A DNA stretch of 46,988 bases from Candidatus Woykebacteria bacterium RIFCSPLOWO2_01_FULL_43_14 (GTDB lineage Bacteria > Patescibacteriota > Microgenomatia > Woykebacterales > 2-01-FULL-43-14), in contig MHDB01000026.1 in assembly GCA_001816835.1 (NCBI GenBank), forward strand, positions 10,312 to 57,299. The letters are read 5' to 3'. The notes below the pieces were generated by a model that was not told the origin of the DNA, made no database searches, and saw nothing but the letters and a program-made list of their open reading frames with translations. Position numbers and translations under genes: made by a program. Below are positions 9,795 to 18,403 of the stretch, in pieces. Numbering within the stretch: position 1 is the stretch's first letter; each line of letters starts with the position of its first letter.

Positions 9795-11022
9795 ACTAGT
9801 TTTTAGTAGCCTTTTTTTATTTAGCGCGACTTTTGTCGGAAATATTTTCAACGCCGCTTACAATTTCATTATGGCTAGGTTTTTGGGGCCAGCCAACTAT
9901 GGTGATCTAATGGCTTTGATTTCCATTCTTTACATTTTGACCTTTCCCTCAACAGTTTTAAGTAATATCGTGACCAAGTTCTCGGCGATTTTTATTGCTC
10001 ACGAAGACTACAAAAAACTTCACTATTTGTCTGATTTTTTGACTAGAAAGATAATAATCTTCGGTCTGGTTGTAATAGTTGGTTTCGCCATTTTTACACC
10101 TTTTCTAGCCCAGAATCTAAAAATAACTCATACCTGGGCATTGTTTTTGGTAAGTGTGTTGGCAACTCTGGTGTTCTTGGTTACGCTTAACTTTGGTTTG
10201 TTAACGGGCGTGCTAAAGTTTAAGTCTCTCGCGGCTGCTAGCATAGCCTGGCCCGTGATTAGGCTCGCCTTTTCCGTAGGATTGATACTTCTTGGTTTTT
10301 CAGTCACTGGGGCCATTGTAGGATTCGTTCTCGCAACGGCTATTACCTATATCCTCACCCTTTACCCAATGCGTTTTTTAAACTACTTCAAGGAAAAGCA
10401 CATTTCTCTCAACTGGGCACAAGTAGGGGGTTATTCTCTTCCAGCGTCACTTTCGATACTCGGACTGACTCTTCTGACTAACACTGATATTTTGCTGGTG
10501 AAAGCTTTTTTCTCTAGTGATGAAGCAGGAGCCTACTCAGCCGTGTCGCTTCTCGCGAAAATAATTCTCTTCCTCTCATTACCAATTGTAAATATGATTT
10601 TTCCCGTGATTACTCAGGCATACGAAGCTAAAAGAAATTTCAGCCGTATCTTTCTCATTGCGTTAGGATTAATAACAGTCTTATCAGGAGGTACATTGGG
10701 ATTTTTCCTGTTGTTTCCTGAATTTAGCATTAGCCTGCTGTTCGGCAAGTCTTATCTTGGCGCTAGTCTTTATGTGGGGAGAATGAGTATATTCATTTTC
10801 GTTTACGCGCTGGTTTATCTATTTATAACCCTATGGTTGTCTATTGGAAGGCTAAAATTTGCCTTGGTTTCGGTGGTCGGGGCTTTGGTTCAGGCCATAC
10901 TTATTTATTTATACCACTCAGATCTTAATCAGGTTATCGATATTTCAGTCTACACCTGCTTAGGCTTGCTATTCTTAAACGTGGTCTACTACTTGTATAG
11001 TTTTAGAGGAAAGTTTAGATGA
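9781..11022 (+). CDS. Wzx-like oligosaccharide flippase (MOP/PST superfamily)
   Basis: 413 aa and about 12 TM. N-terminus FSATFVGNIFNAAYNFIMARFLGPANYGD. TTG start overlaps the upstream stop. Confidence 0.65.
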   Translation: MIKNKLVFSSLFLFSATFVGNIFNAAYNFIMARFLGPANYGDLMALISILYILTFPSTVLSNIVTKFSAIFIAHEDYKKLHYLSDFLTRKIIIFGLVVIVGFAIFTPFLAQNLKITHTWALFLVSVLATLVFLVTLNFGLLTGVLKFKSLAAASIAWPVIRLAFSVGLILLGFSVTGAIVGFVLATAITYILTLYPMRFLNYFKEKHISLNWAQVGGYSLPASLSILGLTLLTNTDILLVKAFFSSDEAGAYSAVSLLAKIILFLSLPIVNMIFPVITQAYEAKRNFSRIFLIALGLITVLSGGTLGFFLLFPEFSISLLFGKSYLGASLYVGRMSIFIFVYALVYLFITLWLSIGRLKFALVSVVGALVQAILIYLYHSDLNQVIDISVYTCLGLLFLNVVYYLYSFRGKFR

Positions 11023-12596
11023 AGAGGCTGGCTGTCTTGAACTCTGACAAGATTATTATTTTGGGTTTGGTTCTAGTGTCCCTACTTAAATTCGCAGATT
11101 TAAGTGGTGGTTTTGTTCTAGCCGAACCAGACACAGTAACCCATATTGAAATAGTCAACAATTTTCGAGATAAATTGTATCCTATGTGGAGTGGTCTTGG
11201 TTGGTATTTTGGTTTACCTCTTTACATGTTTCTTGGCTATCTGGTGGATTTGGTGTTAAATAATACGAGCCTGAGTTTGATAGTGGTTTCTATTCTCGCA
11301 TCAATTGGTCTAAACCTTGGTATTTATTGCTACGTTGCCCGAAAAATAAATAGGACTGCCGCATTGTTTGCTGCCCTTGCCTTTTTGTTGTCCCCGAGCG
11401 CGATTTTTTATTCTCGGATGGGTTTGATTGAAATGACGGTAATGCTTTTTGCGTTCCTATTCCTATTTTTGTTCGATCTTGGGGTTAGACACAAAAACTG
11501 GAAGTTAATTATTTTAGGGGGTATTTCTTTAGGAGCAGGAATTCTAACTAAGTACACGGCCCTCATCTTTTGCCTTGTCCCAGTGATTTATTTTGCGTTT
11601 GAACTTTTAAAAAACTTAGTTATACAAAAAACCAAATTTGTCAAAAAGCTCTCTTGGCTAACCTTTCCTTTTTGGTCGTCCGTTTTAACGGGTGTTTTGG
11701 CCATAATTATTCCGCTGCCGGTCGTTGCTTATTTCCTAATTGTTGATCCAATCCGGTTTAAGCTACTTACCAAAGCAAGTGTTTTGGAATCGCCTGAATT
11801 TTGGGGTCCTGTTGGGATCCATTTTTACTTTTCAGAATATGCTCAGCAACTTAGCTTTTTGGTAGGTAGTGTGATGTTAATCGCTGCCCTGCTGGGTATA
11901 GTTTATATATATGTGGAGAAGAAGTCGGAGTGGGTGTTATTTCTAACCGCAATGCTAACTGCTGGGTTCTTTGTGGTAAAGCGTAATCCCTACCCACGGT
12001 ATTTTGTGATTTTAATTCCTTTCTTTGCGATTCTTGCAGGTCTAGGTGCTTACTTCTTATACAAACTCATAACTTTCAACCTCCGAGGTTACAAAGCTAT
12101 CAACCTCGGAGGTTGTCTGCTTCTGTTTGTTTTGCTCTCTATTCCCGAGGCCTACTATAGCTTTGCTTCGGCTAATCACCAATTAGTCGAAGACACTGCC
12201 AATTATTTGAAAAAAGTAAATACGCAATCGAAACCTGTTTTTTCGACCTACTGGCCAAATCTATTCGCTTATGCGGGGACGGGGGAGAGAACTAGTTGGT
12301 TGACTGATTCCGCTTGGGATGTCGGGGCGTTTGGCAAAAATTGGCCTGAAGGACTAAACTCATTGCAGGTCCTGATAAAGGAGGGCGGATACGTGATTAT
12401 TGAAGATCGTTATTCTAACTACTTGTGGGATGAGATGGACAGGGTGGCCAAAGTCACGTCAAACGTCCGAAAACAACCCTCTGAGCTAATTGCTAAAACA
12501 AAAGAACCAATTATGGTTATAAAGGATAATCGGCCTAACTTTCCTTATTTTTCCAACACATGGGAGAATACTATAAAGATATATGAGTATCGGTAA
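11019..12596 (+). CDS. ArnT/PMT_2-like GT-C membrane glycosyltransferase (paralog of 6427-7962)
   Basis: See the paralog motifs under 6427-7962. The C-terminal soluble domains also align (STYWPNLFAYAG..SWLTDSAWDVGAFG versus NYWPTTFVVYTA..TWLSGNKFDTAAFAG). Confidence 0.7.
   Translation: MKRLAVLNSDKIIILGLVLVSLLKFADLSGGFVLAEPDTVTHIEIVNNFRDKLYPMWSGLGWYFGLPLYMFLGYLVDLVLNNTSLSLIVVSILASIGLNLGIYCYVARKINRTAALFAALAFLLSPSAIFYSRMGLIEMTVMLFAFLFLFLFDLGVRHKNWKLIILGGISLGAGILTKYTALIFCLVPVIYFAFELLKNLVIQKTKFVKKLSWLTFPFWSSVLTGVLAIIIPLPVVAYFLIVDPIRFKLLTKASVLESPEFWGPVGIHFYFSEYAQQLSFLVGSVMLIAALLGIVYIYVEKKSEWVLFLTAMLTAGFFVVKRNPYPRYFVILIPFFAILAGLGAYFLYKLITFNLRGYKAINLGGCLLLFVLLSIPEAYYSFASANHQLVEDTANYLKKVNTQSKPVFSTYWPNLFAYAGTGERTSWLTDSAWDVGAFGKNWPEGLNSLQVLIKEGGYVIIEDRYSNYLWDEMDRVAKVTSNVRKQPSELIAKTKEPIMVIKDNRPNFPYFSNTWENTIKIYEYR
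12077..12115 (+). repeat. perfect 14-bp stem / 11-nt loop hairpin (39 nt) inside the coding sequence
   Basis: CAACCTCCGAGGTT (12077-12090) pairs base-for-base with AACCTCGGAGGTTG (12102-12115). The loop is ACAAAGCTATC. Each arm is itself a 13-nt palindrome. Confidence 0.85.
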
Positions 12597-14028
12597 GCAA
12601 GCTCTAAAAGGCGTAATCTTTGTTACCTTGAGCAACAACATTGTGTTTCTCTTTAGCTTTGTGGCTAACAATATTATTTTGGCTAGATTACTGCCAATCG
12701 AAGCTTTTGGTCAGTTTGCACTTGCCACTTTTTTTGTAAGTCTGGTGGGTAGGGTCAGAGAGCTTGGTTTTGACTATGCGGTGGTGCACGCAAAACAAGA
12801 TTTGGTAAAGATAGGATCAGTTTATCTGACCTTACAGATTTTGCTAGGAGTGCTTGTGGCTATACTCACAGTACCAGCTTCACTTCTCGTTTCAGAGTTT
12901 TACGGAGTTGAGGTTGGTTTAGCCACCTTGCTACTCGGTTTCGGTTACCTGATTACCAATATTTATAACAGCCTGAATGCCCTTTTTGATAAGGAATTGC
13001 GTTTTCAGGAAAGTGCTGTTATAGGTGTTGTGAGCACTGCGGTATCGATTTTGGGTATGGTTATCATGGGTCTAGGAGGTTATGGTTTATGGAGTTTGAT
13101 TATCGGGGGAATTCCAGGGTCTATTTTAGGACTACTACTCCTTTTCGCTAAATTAAAATTTTCCTACCATTGGGACTTGGACCCCGAAATTGTTAAGTGG
13201 TTTTACAGCTTTGGTCCGTGGTGGCACTGGTTTATCTCCGCGACAGCCTCTCTCTTGGTTTTTCAGTTTGACAATTTTATAGTCGGTAATATTGTTGGAC
13301 TTAGTGTTCTAGGATTTTACACCAGAGCATATAGCTGGGCAACTATGCCTACAAGCCGGATTACGGCTATCATTTCCAAGGTGGCTTTTCCAGTCTACGC
13401 TAGGTTACAAGAGGACAAAGAAAAATTATCCAAAGCTTTTAGTCTTACTCTTTCCACAATCGCCTTACTGACGATTCCTTTGAGTTTGGTTAGCGTATTG
13501 GTGATAAGAGAAGCCATCTTAGTCTTAGTTGGGGAAAAATGGCTAGACATGATCCCACTCTTCTATTTACTTCTTGGTTATATGCTACTTCGACCAATAT
13601 TTGATGACGCTGGTGCCTTGCTTACTGCGGTCGGGAAGCCCAAAATTATAAATACCGCTCAGTTGATACAAAGTGGGGTTATGATCTCGGTGACTACCTT
13701 GTTGGTTTATCTTTATGGCGGAATAGGCGCGCCGATTGGGGTGGGAATTGTGATGATGGCTGGGGTCGGTTACCTTTACAGGCATTTGTTGGCAGTTGTT
13801 GATGTAAATCCGCTTAAGATCTTTTTGGTTCCAAGTTTTTGTGGATTAGTCTCACTGGTTGTGACCTTTTATCTAAAAAAGTTTTTTTTCTTATCCTTCG
13901 AACCTTTGATAACTCTTATATTGACTGGGATGAGTTTCAGTGTTTGTTACATCGGACTGATAGTGGCCTTAAAGGGAAGAAGTATTTACAAACAAATGAT
14001 TGATTTTCGGAAGGTATTTGTTGAATGA
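12583..14028 (+). CDS. Wzx-type polysaccharide flippase (polysaccharide biosynthesis protein family)
   Basis: 481 aa and multi-TM. N-terminus KGVIFVTLSNNIVFLFSFVANNIILARLLPIEAFGQFALA is typical of Wzx/PST proteins. Confidence 0.75.
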   Translation: MSIGKQALKGVIFVTLSNNIVFLFSFVANNIILARLLPIEAFGQFALATFFVSLVGRVRELGFDYAVVHAKQDLVKIGSVYLTLQILLGVLVAILTVPASLLVSEFYGVEVGLATLLLGFGYLITNIYNSLNALFDKELRFQESAVIGVVSTAVSILGMVIMGLGGYGLWSLIIGGIPGSILGLLLLFAKLKFSYHWDLDPEIVKWFYSFGPWWHWFISATASLLVFQFDNFIVGNIVGLSVLGFYTRAYSWATMPTSRITAIISKVAFPVYARLQEDKEKLSKAFSLTLSTIALLTIPLSLVSVLVIREAILVLVGEKWLDMIPLFYLLLGYMLLRPIFDDAGALLTAVGKPKIINTAQLIQSGVMISVTTLLVYLYGGIGAPIGVGIVMMAGVGYLYRHLLAVVDVNPLKIFLVPSFCGLVSLVVTFYLKKFFFLSFEPLITLILTGMSFSVCYIGLIVALKGRSIYKQMIDFRKVFVE

Positions 14029-14891
14029 TAAGCGTGATAATCCCCACCTATAAGAGAAAAGATAAATTAAGGCAGACTTTGGAGTCTGTCCTTAATCAGA
14101 GCATAAAAGATTATGAGGTAATCGTGGTTGAGGATGGGTCAAACGATGGGACAAAGGAGATGGTTACCGAGCTTCGTGACACACACAAGAATCTTAGTTA
14201 TTTCTATCAAACCAACAAGGGTCCGGCCGCTGCTCGGAATCAGGGGATAAGTAAAGCCAAGGGCGAAATAATTGCTTTTACTGATGACGACTGCGTGGTC
14301 CCGAGAGATTGGCTGGAAAGATTGCTCGCGGGCTTTAAGAAACATCCCGAAGTAGTAGGAGTTGGCGGGAAGCTAGAAGCCAGCGAGGATGAACTAAAAA
14401 AGAATGTCTATGCCCGCTACGAAAAATACATGAGTTTGAAAGCTTATGGAACCGGCGAAAAAGAGGTTATCGGAGGATTTGATTGCCCAGCCGGGGGGAC
14501 TAATAATCTTGCTTACAAGAAAAAAGTTCTTGTTGAGGTTGGGGGGTTTGATGAGACTTTCCCTGTGGCTGCCGGGGAGGATGCAGACATCAAAAAGAGA
14601 ATTACAGACAAAGGGTATAAGATTTTGTATCTTCCCCTGAAGGTGGAACACCACCAAGATTATTATTTCGGAGGATTTTTGAAGCAAAGTTACAATCGGG
14701 GTATTGGGTCGTACCATTTTCAAAAGAAATGGTCCCAACCTCCCACCAAACTAGAAATATATAAACAAATGTTGTTACTTGCGATTAAATCTAAATTTAA
14801 TTTACTCGTCAAACCACAGAAGTTTTTTGTGCTGCTAGACTTTATCTTCCAGTGGCAGGAGTACCGAGGAATGTTAAAGCATGTTAGTTAG
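14025..14891 (+). CDS. GT2 family glycosyltransferase
   Basis: Motifs ISVIIPTYKRKDKL, VVEDGSNDGT, FTDDDC and AGEDAD. Confidence 0.85.
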   Translation: MISVIIPTYKRKDKLRQTLESVLNQSIKDYEVIVVEDGSNDGTKEMVTELRDTHKNLSYFYQTNKGPAAARNQGISKAKGEIIAFTDDDCVVPRDWLERLLAGFKKHPEVVGVGGKLEASEDELKKNVYARYEKYMSLKAYGTGEKEVIGGFDCPAGGTNNLAYKKKVLVEVGGFDETFPVAAGEDADIKKRITDKGYKILYLPLKVEHHQDYYFGGFLKQSYNRGIGSYHFQKKWSQPPTKLEIYKQMLLLAIKSKFNLLVKPQKFFVLLDFIFQWQEYRGMLKHVS

Positions 14892-15951
14892 TTTGTTTGG
14901 GAATCTGAGAACGTTAGATTGGGCAAGTCCGAGTATGGACCGTTACTCTCAAGAGTTGTTTAATGGCCTTACCAGAAAAGGGATTGAGTCTACGCTTTTT
15001 GAACCAGCTCCGCCATTTTACGCCTCATTGCTACCTTCGAAAGTAAAGTTTAGTTATCTTCGCTATGATTTCTATCCAAAATTTGCTCGTTCAAAGGCCA
15101 CGGACATAAACCATATCACAGATCACAGTTACGCTCAGCTTGCTAAGTTTCTGCCACCTAAGAAGACCGTAGTCACTTGCCACGATCTGATACCGCTCCA
15201 CTATGAAAAAGATGATTTCGCGCTTTCTAAATTCAAAGAAAGTGTGAAATACCTTTCCCAAGTTGGTTTGGTGATTGCGGATTCCCAAGCAACTAAAAAA
15301 GATTTAGTGGAGTCCTTAGATATTGATCCTAATAAAATCAAAGTGATTTACCTTGGAGTAGGTGACGTTTTTAAGAAGCTTGGCGAAGATGTAACCTCAA
15401 AGTTTGTTACCAAGTATAATTTACCCCAAAAGCCCAAAATACTTCATGTAGGTAATAATTTGGCCTACAAGAACTTGGGTGGTCTGCTAAAGGCTTTAAA
15501 AATACTTGAGGATAAAGGCATTGATTTTGTTTTTATTAAAGTTGGCCCGGATATCAAACGAGAAAAAATCCAATTCGCCGCGGACAAGTATGCGCATATA
15601 GATAGTATTGAGGAGGAGTTACTACCAGCGCTTTATAGTAGTGTTGATGTTTTGGCTAGCCCTAGTTTGGTGGAGGGTTTTGGGTTCCCCACGTTGGAGG
15701 CGATGGCTTGTGGGACCAGTGTCGTGGTTTCCAAGGGAACGTCCTTAGAAGAAATAGCGGGTTTTTGCGGAATTTATGTTGAACCCGCCAGCCCTGATTC
15801 TATTGCTGAAGGGTTGCTAAAAGCTCTGAGTCTCAGCAAATCAGATAGGCTTGACTACGGAGACGCAGCGATAAAAAGAGCTTCCGGATTTAGTTGGGAA
15901 AAAACGCTTTTGGGTGTTATCGAGGCCTATCAGGAGCTGGCTCATGATTAA
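14881..15951 (+). CDS. GT4 family glycosyltransferase
   Basis: C-terminal EGFGFPTLEAMACGTSVVVS (E-x7-E region). Confidence 0.85.
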   Translation: MLVSLFGNLRTLDWASPSMDRYSQELFNGLTRKGIESTLFEPAPPFYASLLPSKVKFSYLRYDFYPKFARSKATDINHITDHSYAQLAKFLPPKKTVVTCHDLIPLHYEKDDFALSKFKESVKYLSQVGLVIADSQATKKDLVESLDIDPNKIKVIYLGVGDVFKKLGEDVTSKFVTKYNLPQKPKILHVGNNLAYKNLGGLLKALKILEDKGIDFVFIKVGPDIKREKIQFAADKYAHIDSIEEELLPALYSSVDVLASPSLVEGFGFPTLEAMACGTSVVVSKGTSLEEIAGFCGIYVEPASPDSIAEGLLKALSLSKSDRLDYGDAAIKRASGFSWEKTLLGVIEAYQELAHD

Positions 15952-17053
15952 AGTTTTGATATCTTCTCATGCTTATATAGTAGGTCTTAACCAGCAAAAA
16001 CTTGAGTCCCTGGCCAGAAATAAAGATCTGGAACTCTCCTTACTTGTTCCAAAGAAATGGCGCTCTGTGCTGCGAGAAATCTCACTCGAAAAGGTTGACG
16101 ACCCAGGATACAGTATTTACCCTACAGCAGCATTTTTCCAAGGAAAGAATGATCGATTCTTCTACAATCCCTTTGACCTTTTAAAAGTATTTCACAGTGT
16201 AGGGCCAGATGTTGTCCATATTGAAGAAGAACCCTGGAGTGTTGCCTGTCTAGAGCTTATGCTCGCAGCCAAGCTCTTCGGTGCTAAGGCACTTTTTTTC
16301 ACTTGGGAAAATTTGTCTAGGTCGCACAAGACCTGGTACGGCCTGATTGAGCGGATCAACCTTTTCTTAGCCGACGGCGCGATTGCCGGAAATAGTGAGG
16401 CGAAAGTAGTCTTAGAAACAAAAGGATTTAGAAGACCAGTCATTGTTCTTCCCCAGCTGGGCATTGATCTTGAAACATTCAAAAAAACCAATCCAGAAAA
16501 AGTGAAAAAAGAGCTCGGGCTAAAGGGGTTTGTAATTGGGTTTGTTGGTCGGCTTGACCCACAAAAGGGAATTAAAGACCTTGTAACAAGCGCACAAAAA
16601 CTTAGCTTCGATTGGCAGTTGTTTATCGTGGGGAACGGGCCATTGAAAGAATGGGTGGAAACAGAATCTAAAAAAGACCCTAGGATGCTCTATTATGGGG
16701 TCGCGGACCACTCTGATATGCCCAAGCTATTTAACGCGATGGACGTGTTCGTTTTGCCATCAGTAAGTACTGAGGTTTGGAAAGAACAATTTGGTCATAC
16801 CTTGATTGAAGCCATGGCCACGCAAGTTCCCGTAATCGGCTCAAATAGTGGAGCCATCCCAGAGGTAATAGGAGAAGCAGGTCTTATTTTCAAAGAAGGA
16901 AACGTAGAAGACTTAAGTGAAAAAATTAAGCAGGTGTACGAAGATAAAAAACTCCGAAAAGATTTATCATCAAAAGGTTTAGAAAGAGTTAAAAACCATT
17001 ACACCCACCAAGAAATAAGTTCCCAAACTCTCCCCTTCTACAAATCCTTATAA
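15944..17053 (+). CDS. GT4 family glycosyltransferase
   Basis: Motifs GRLDPQKG and EQFGHTLIEAMATQVPVIGSNSGAIPEVIG. ATG 15944 (MIKVLISSHAY) overlaps the upstream stop as ATGATTAA. Confidence 0.85.
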   Translation: MIKVLISSHAYIVGLNQQKLESLARNKDLELSLLVPKKWRSVLREISLEKVDDPGYSIYPTAAFFQGKNDRFFYNPFDLLKVFHSVGPDVVHIEEEPWSVACLELMLAAKLFGAKALFFTWENLSRSHKTWYGLIERINLFLADGAIAGNSEAKVVLETKGFRRPVIVLPQLGIDLETFKKTNPEKVKKELGLKGFVIGFVGRLDPQKGIKDLVTSAQKLSFDWQLFIVGNGPLKEWVETESKKDPRMLYYGVADHSDMPKLFNAMDVFVLPSVSTEVWKEQFGHTLIEAMATQVPVIGSNSGAIPEVIGEAGLIFKEGNVEDLSEKIKQVYEDKKLRKDLSSKGLERVKNHYTHQEISSQTLPFYKSL

Positions 17054-17078
17054 CCTAGTTCTAACCCCGAAAAAGATC

Positions 17079-17756
17079 CTACAAGTAAACTTTATTTTTT
17101 GATAGTGTAACAAAGAATCGAGCGGTATAGTATGTCGCAAATGCAACGCTAATATGCCACAAAAAGTGAGTTCCAACACCGTTTATTGGACATATTGTTA
17201 AATCAAAATATCTCATTAAAATTCCTAGTGAGTAAGAAATGACGATCGGAAATATTCCATTCACCATCTTACCGACTCTCCTGTATGCCCAAGATGATAA
17301 TGCAAGAATGAATAGTATGTTAAATAAATGAAATGTAGGCATGCCAAAAATAAAAAGGGGCAATTCCATAGCTCTAAAACCAATTTGAATAATAAATAAT
17401 GTTAGAGGTGTTCCTATACGAATAGCTGTACTCTTACTCAAAAAGCTTGTAAACGAATATAGAGAATAGAATACAAAAAAATAGATTGGTAGCAAGTCGA
17501 ACAAAGCTGTATATACATTATTGAATGCGTGGTAAACTGTACTTCCGAGACCGATTAGCATTACAAGTATTATTAAAAGATTAAACCTGAAGCCACTGAG
17601 GTTATACTTTTTATAAAGTCTGTAGATAAGATATGTTGCTATAAAAAATGCTATGTTTGAAACTGTATCAACTGGTTCAGATATTAAACCCCAGGCTTTC
17701 TCACAACGATCAGGAAGGGAAGCATATAGATTAAGATAACTTTGCCAGAAGTTCAT
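17079..17756 (-). CDS. 7-TM alkaline-ceramidase-like (CREST superfamily) putative lipid hydrolase
   Basis: 225 aa. N-terminal CEKAWGLISEPVDTVSNIAFF (the CE...EP.N..SN pattern), a His in TVYHAFNN, and C-terminal HFLWH (H-x3-H). Together these match the ceramidase Zn-binding His triad arrangement. Confidence 0.5.
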   Translation of the reverse strand: MNFWQSYLNLYASLPDRCEKAWGLISEPVDTVSNIAFFIATYLIYRLYKKYNLSGFRFNLLIILVMLIGLGSTVYHAFNNVYTALFDLLPIYFFVFYSLYSFTSFLSKSTAIRIGTPLTLFIIQIGFRAMELPLFIFGMPTFHLFNILFILALSSWAYRRVGKMVNGIFPIVISYSLGILMRYFDLTICPINGVGTHFLWHISVAFATYYTARFFVTLSKNKVYL

Positions 17757-17762
17757 ATTGGA

Positions 17763-17768
17763 ATTATA
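17763..17768 (-). promoter_or_regulatory. consensus -10 TATAAT 6 nt upstream of the ATG of 17079-17756
   Basis: The reverse complement of 17763-17768 is TATAAT. The spacer is TCCAAT, followed by ATG. Confidence 0.4.
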
Positions 17769-18046
17769 TCTGATTCATCGCCTTTTTTCTGGCGCTTCTC
17801 TAATAAACCCTGTTCTTAATTTACGAATGCAACTTAAATATAGGAGAAAGTTTCCACCTGTCCCCGCTACTGTTCACCGAAGGTGCATCCCTCATTGGGA
17901 ACATCAAGAATAGATTGATATAACGGTCTAATCTGATAATAATAGTTCGAGTTTTTTGGTAATTTATTTAGTCTTAGTTTTTTAGAACCCGATTGAGACT
18001 TCGAACCAATTGACTTTTTGTTTGTTATTCCAGGTAATAAATTCAT

Positions 18047-18214
18047 ATGAAATGTCCAAATTGCCAAACAGAAATGGAAAAAGGATCTTTGGTAGATAAC
18101 GGAGCAAGATGGCAAAAGAAAGAGATTAAAAAGGGTTTTATAGATACAGGTGGTGAAATTGTAGTTGCATATAGGTGCCCTAAATGTAAAAAGGTTGAAT
18201 TGGTCACAGAATAA
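18047..18214 (+). CDS. small zinc-ribbon protein (55 aa), below the ORF-track size cutoff
   Basis: My translation is MKCPNCQTEMEKGSLVDNGARWQKKEIKKGFIDTGGEIVVAYRCPKCKKVELVTE*. The two CPxC pairs are spaced as in a zinc ribbon. It conflicts with the low-complexity antisense ORF at 17867-18115. Confidence 0.55.
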   Translation: MKCPNCQTEMEKGSLVDNGARWQKKEIKKGFIDTGGEIVVAYRCPKCKKVELVTE

Positions 18215-18344
18215 GTCTCTCTTCGCTATAAATTACTCTTAATTTCTCTAACCAAGCTAGAGTTGGTTCAAACTGACATTCATTCGGGTCACATTCTTGC
18301 TTTTGGATTGTTTAAGTTTCAAAATCCTTATGTGTCTACCTAAC

Positions 18345-18359
18345 ACACACCAGGTGTGT
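18345..18359. repeat. 15-nt palindrome ACACACC-A-GGTGTGT (contains the 13-mer also seen at 1929-1941)
   Basis: Read directly from the sequence; intergenic. Confidence 0.6.
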
Positions 18360-18367
18360 ACAATTTT

Positions 18368-18403
18368 CCTAGGTGATCTATCTGTATCACTTCCCAGGTG
18401 ATC
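18368..18403 (+). promoter_or_regulatory. direct repeat CC(T/C)AGGTGATC x2 spaced 25 nt, with an intervening complementary ATCACTT; candidate operator
   Basis: The copies are 18368-18378 (CCTAGGTGATC) and 18393-18403 (CCCAGGTGATC). ATCAC(T)T at 18386-18392 can pair with either copy. A TATACT -10-like hexamer follows at 18409-18414. Confidence 0.35.

Noticed and set aside
14394-14738. 114-aa minus-strand ORF and 64-aa plus-strand ORF inside the GT2 gene. Similar short antisense or alternate-frame ORFs in the track include 1349-1534, 1733-1933, 2983-3198, 4051-4296, 4700-4930, 6879-7097, 7620-8028, 9410-9634, 10128-10316, 12486-12671, 13585-13785, 14139-14345, 15091-15288, 16002-16711, 21374-21981, 22201-22795, 24181-24396, 25917-26117, 27417-27995, 28513-28809, 30157-30381, 31338-31873, 32489-32776, 34002-34359, 34564-34770, 35234-35422, 35711-35920, 37153-37612, 38067-38663, 40250-40504, 41043-41517 and 41953-42379.
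   Set aside because: All are nested in or antisense to long ORFs with strong family motifs. Their translations lack motifs and have skewed composition typical of shadow frames.
17985-18015. A GGTTCGAAG-like string on the minus strand that resembles a tRNA T-loop.
   Set aside because: The flanking bases do not form a T-stem (ATTGG versus TCTCA). No acceptor, D or anticodon arms can be drawn, so this is not a tRNA.
17867-18115. 82-aa minus-strand ORF, or a 59-aa version starting at ATG 18046.
   Set aside because: It is a low-complexity K/S/N-rich translation. It overlaps the plus-strand zinc-ribbon ORF, whose paired CPxC motifs are much more protein-like. No -10 or SD signal lies upstream. 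A real small protein cannot be fully excluded.
18215-18290. Hairpin AACCAA-GCTAGAG-TTGGTT downstream of the zinc-ribbon ORF as an intrinsic terminator.
   Set aside because: The stem is only 6 bp and AT-rich, and it is not followed by a U-tract, so the evidence is too weak to annotate.
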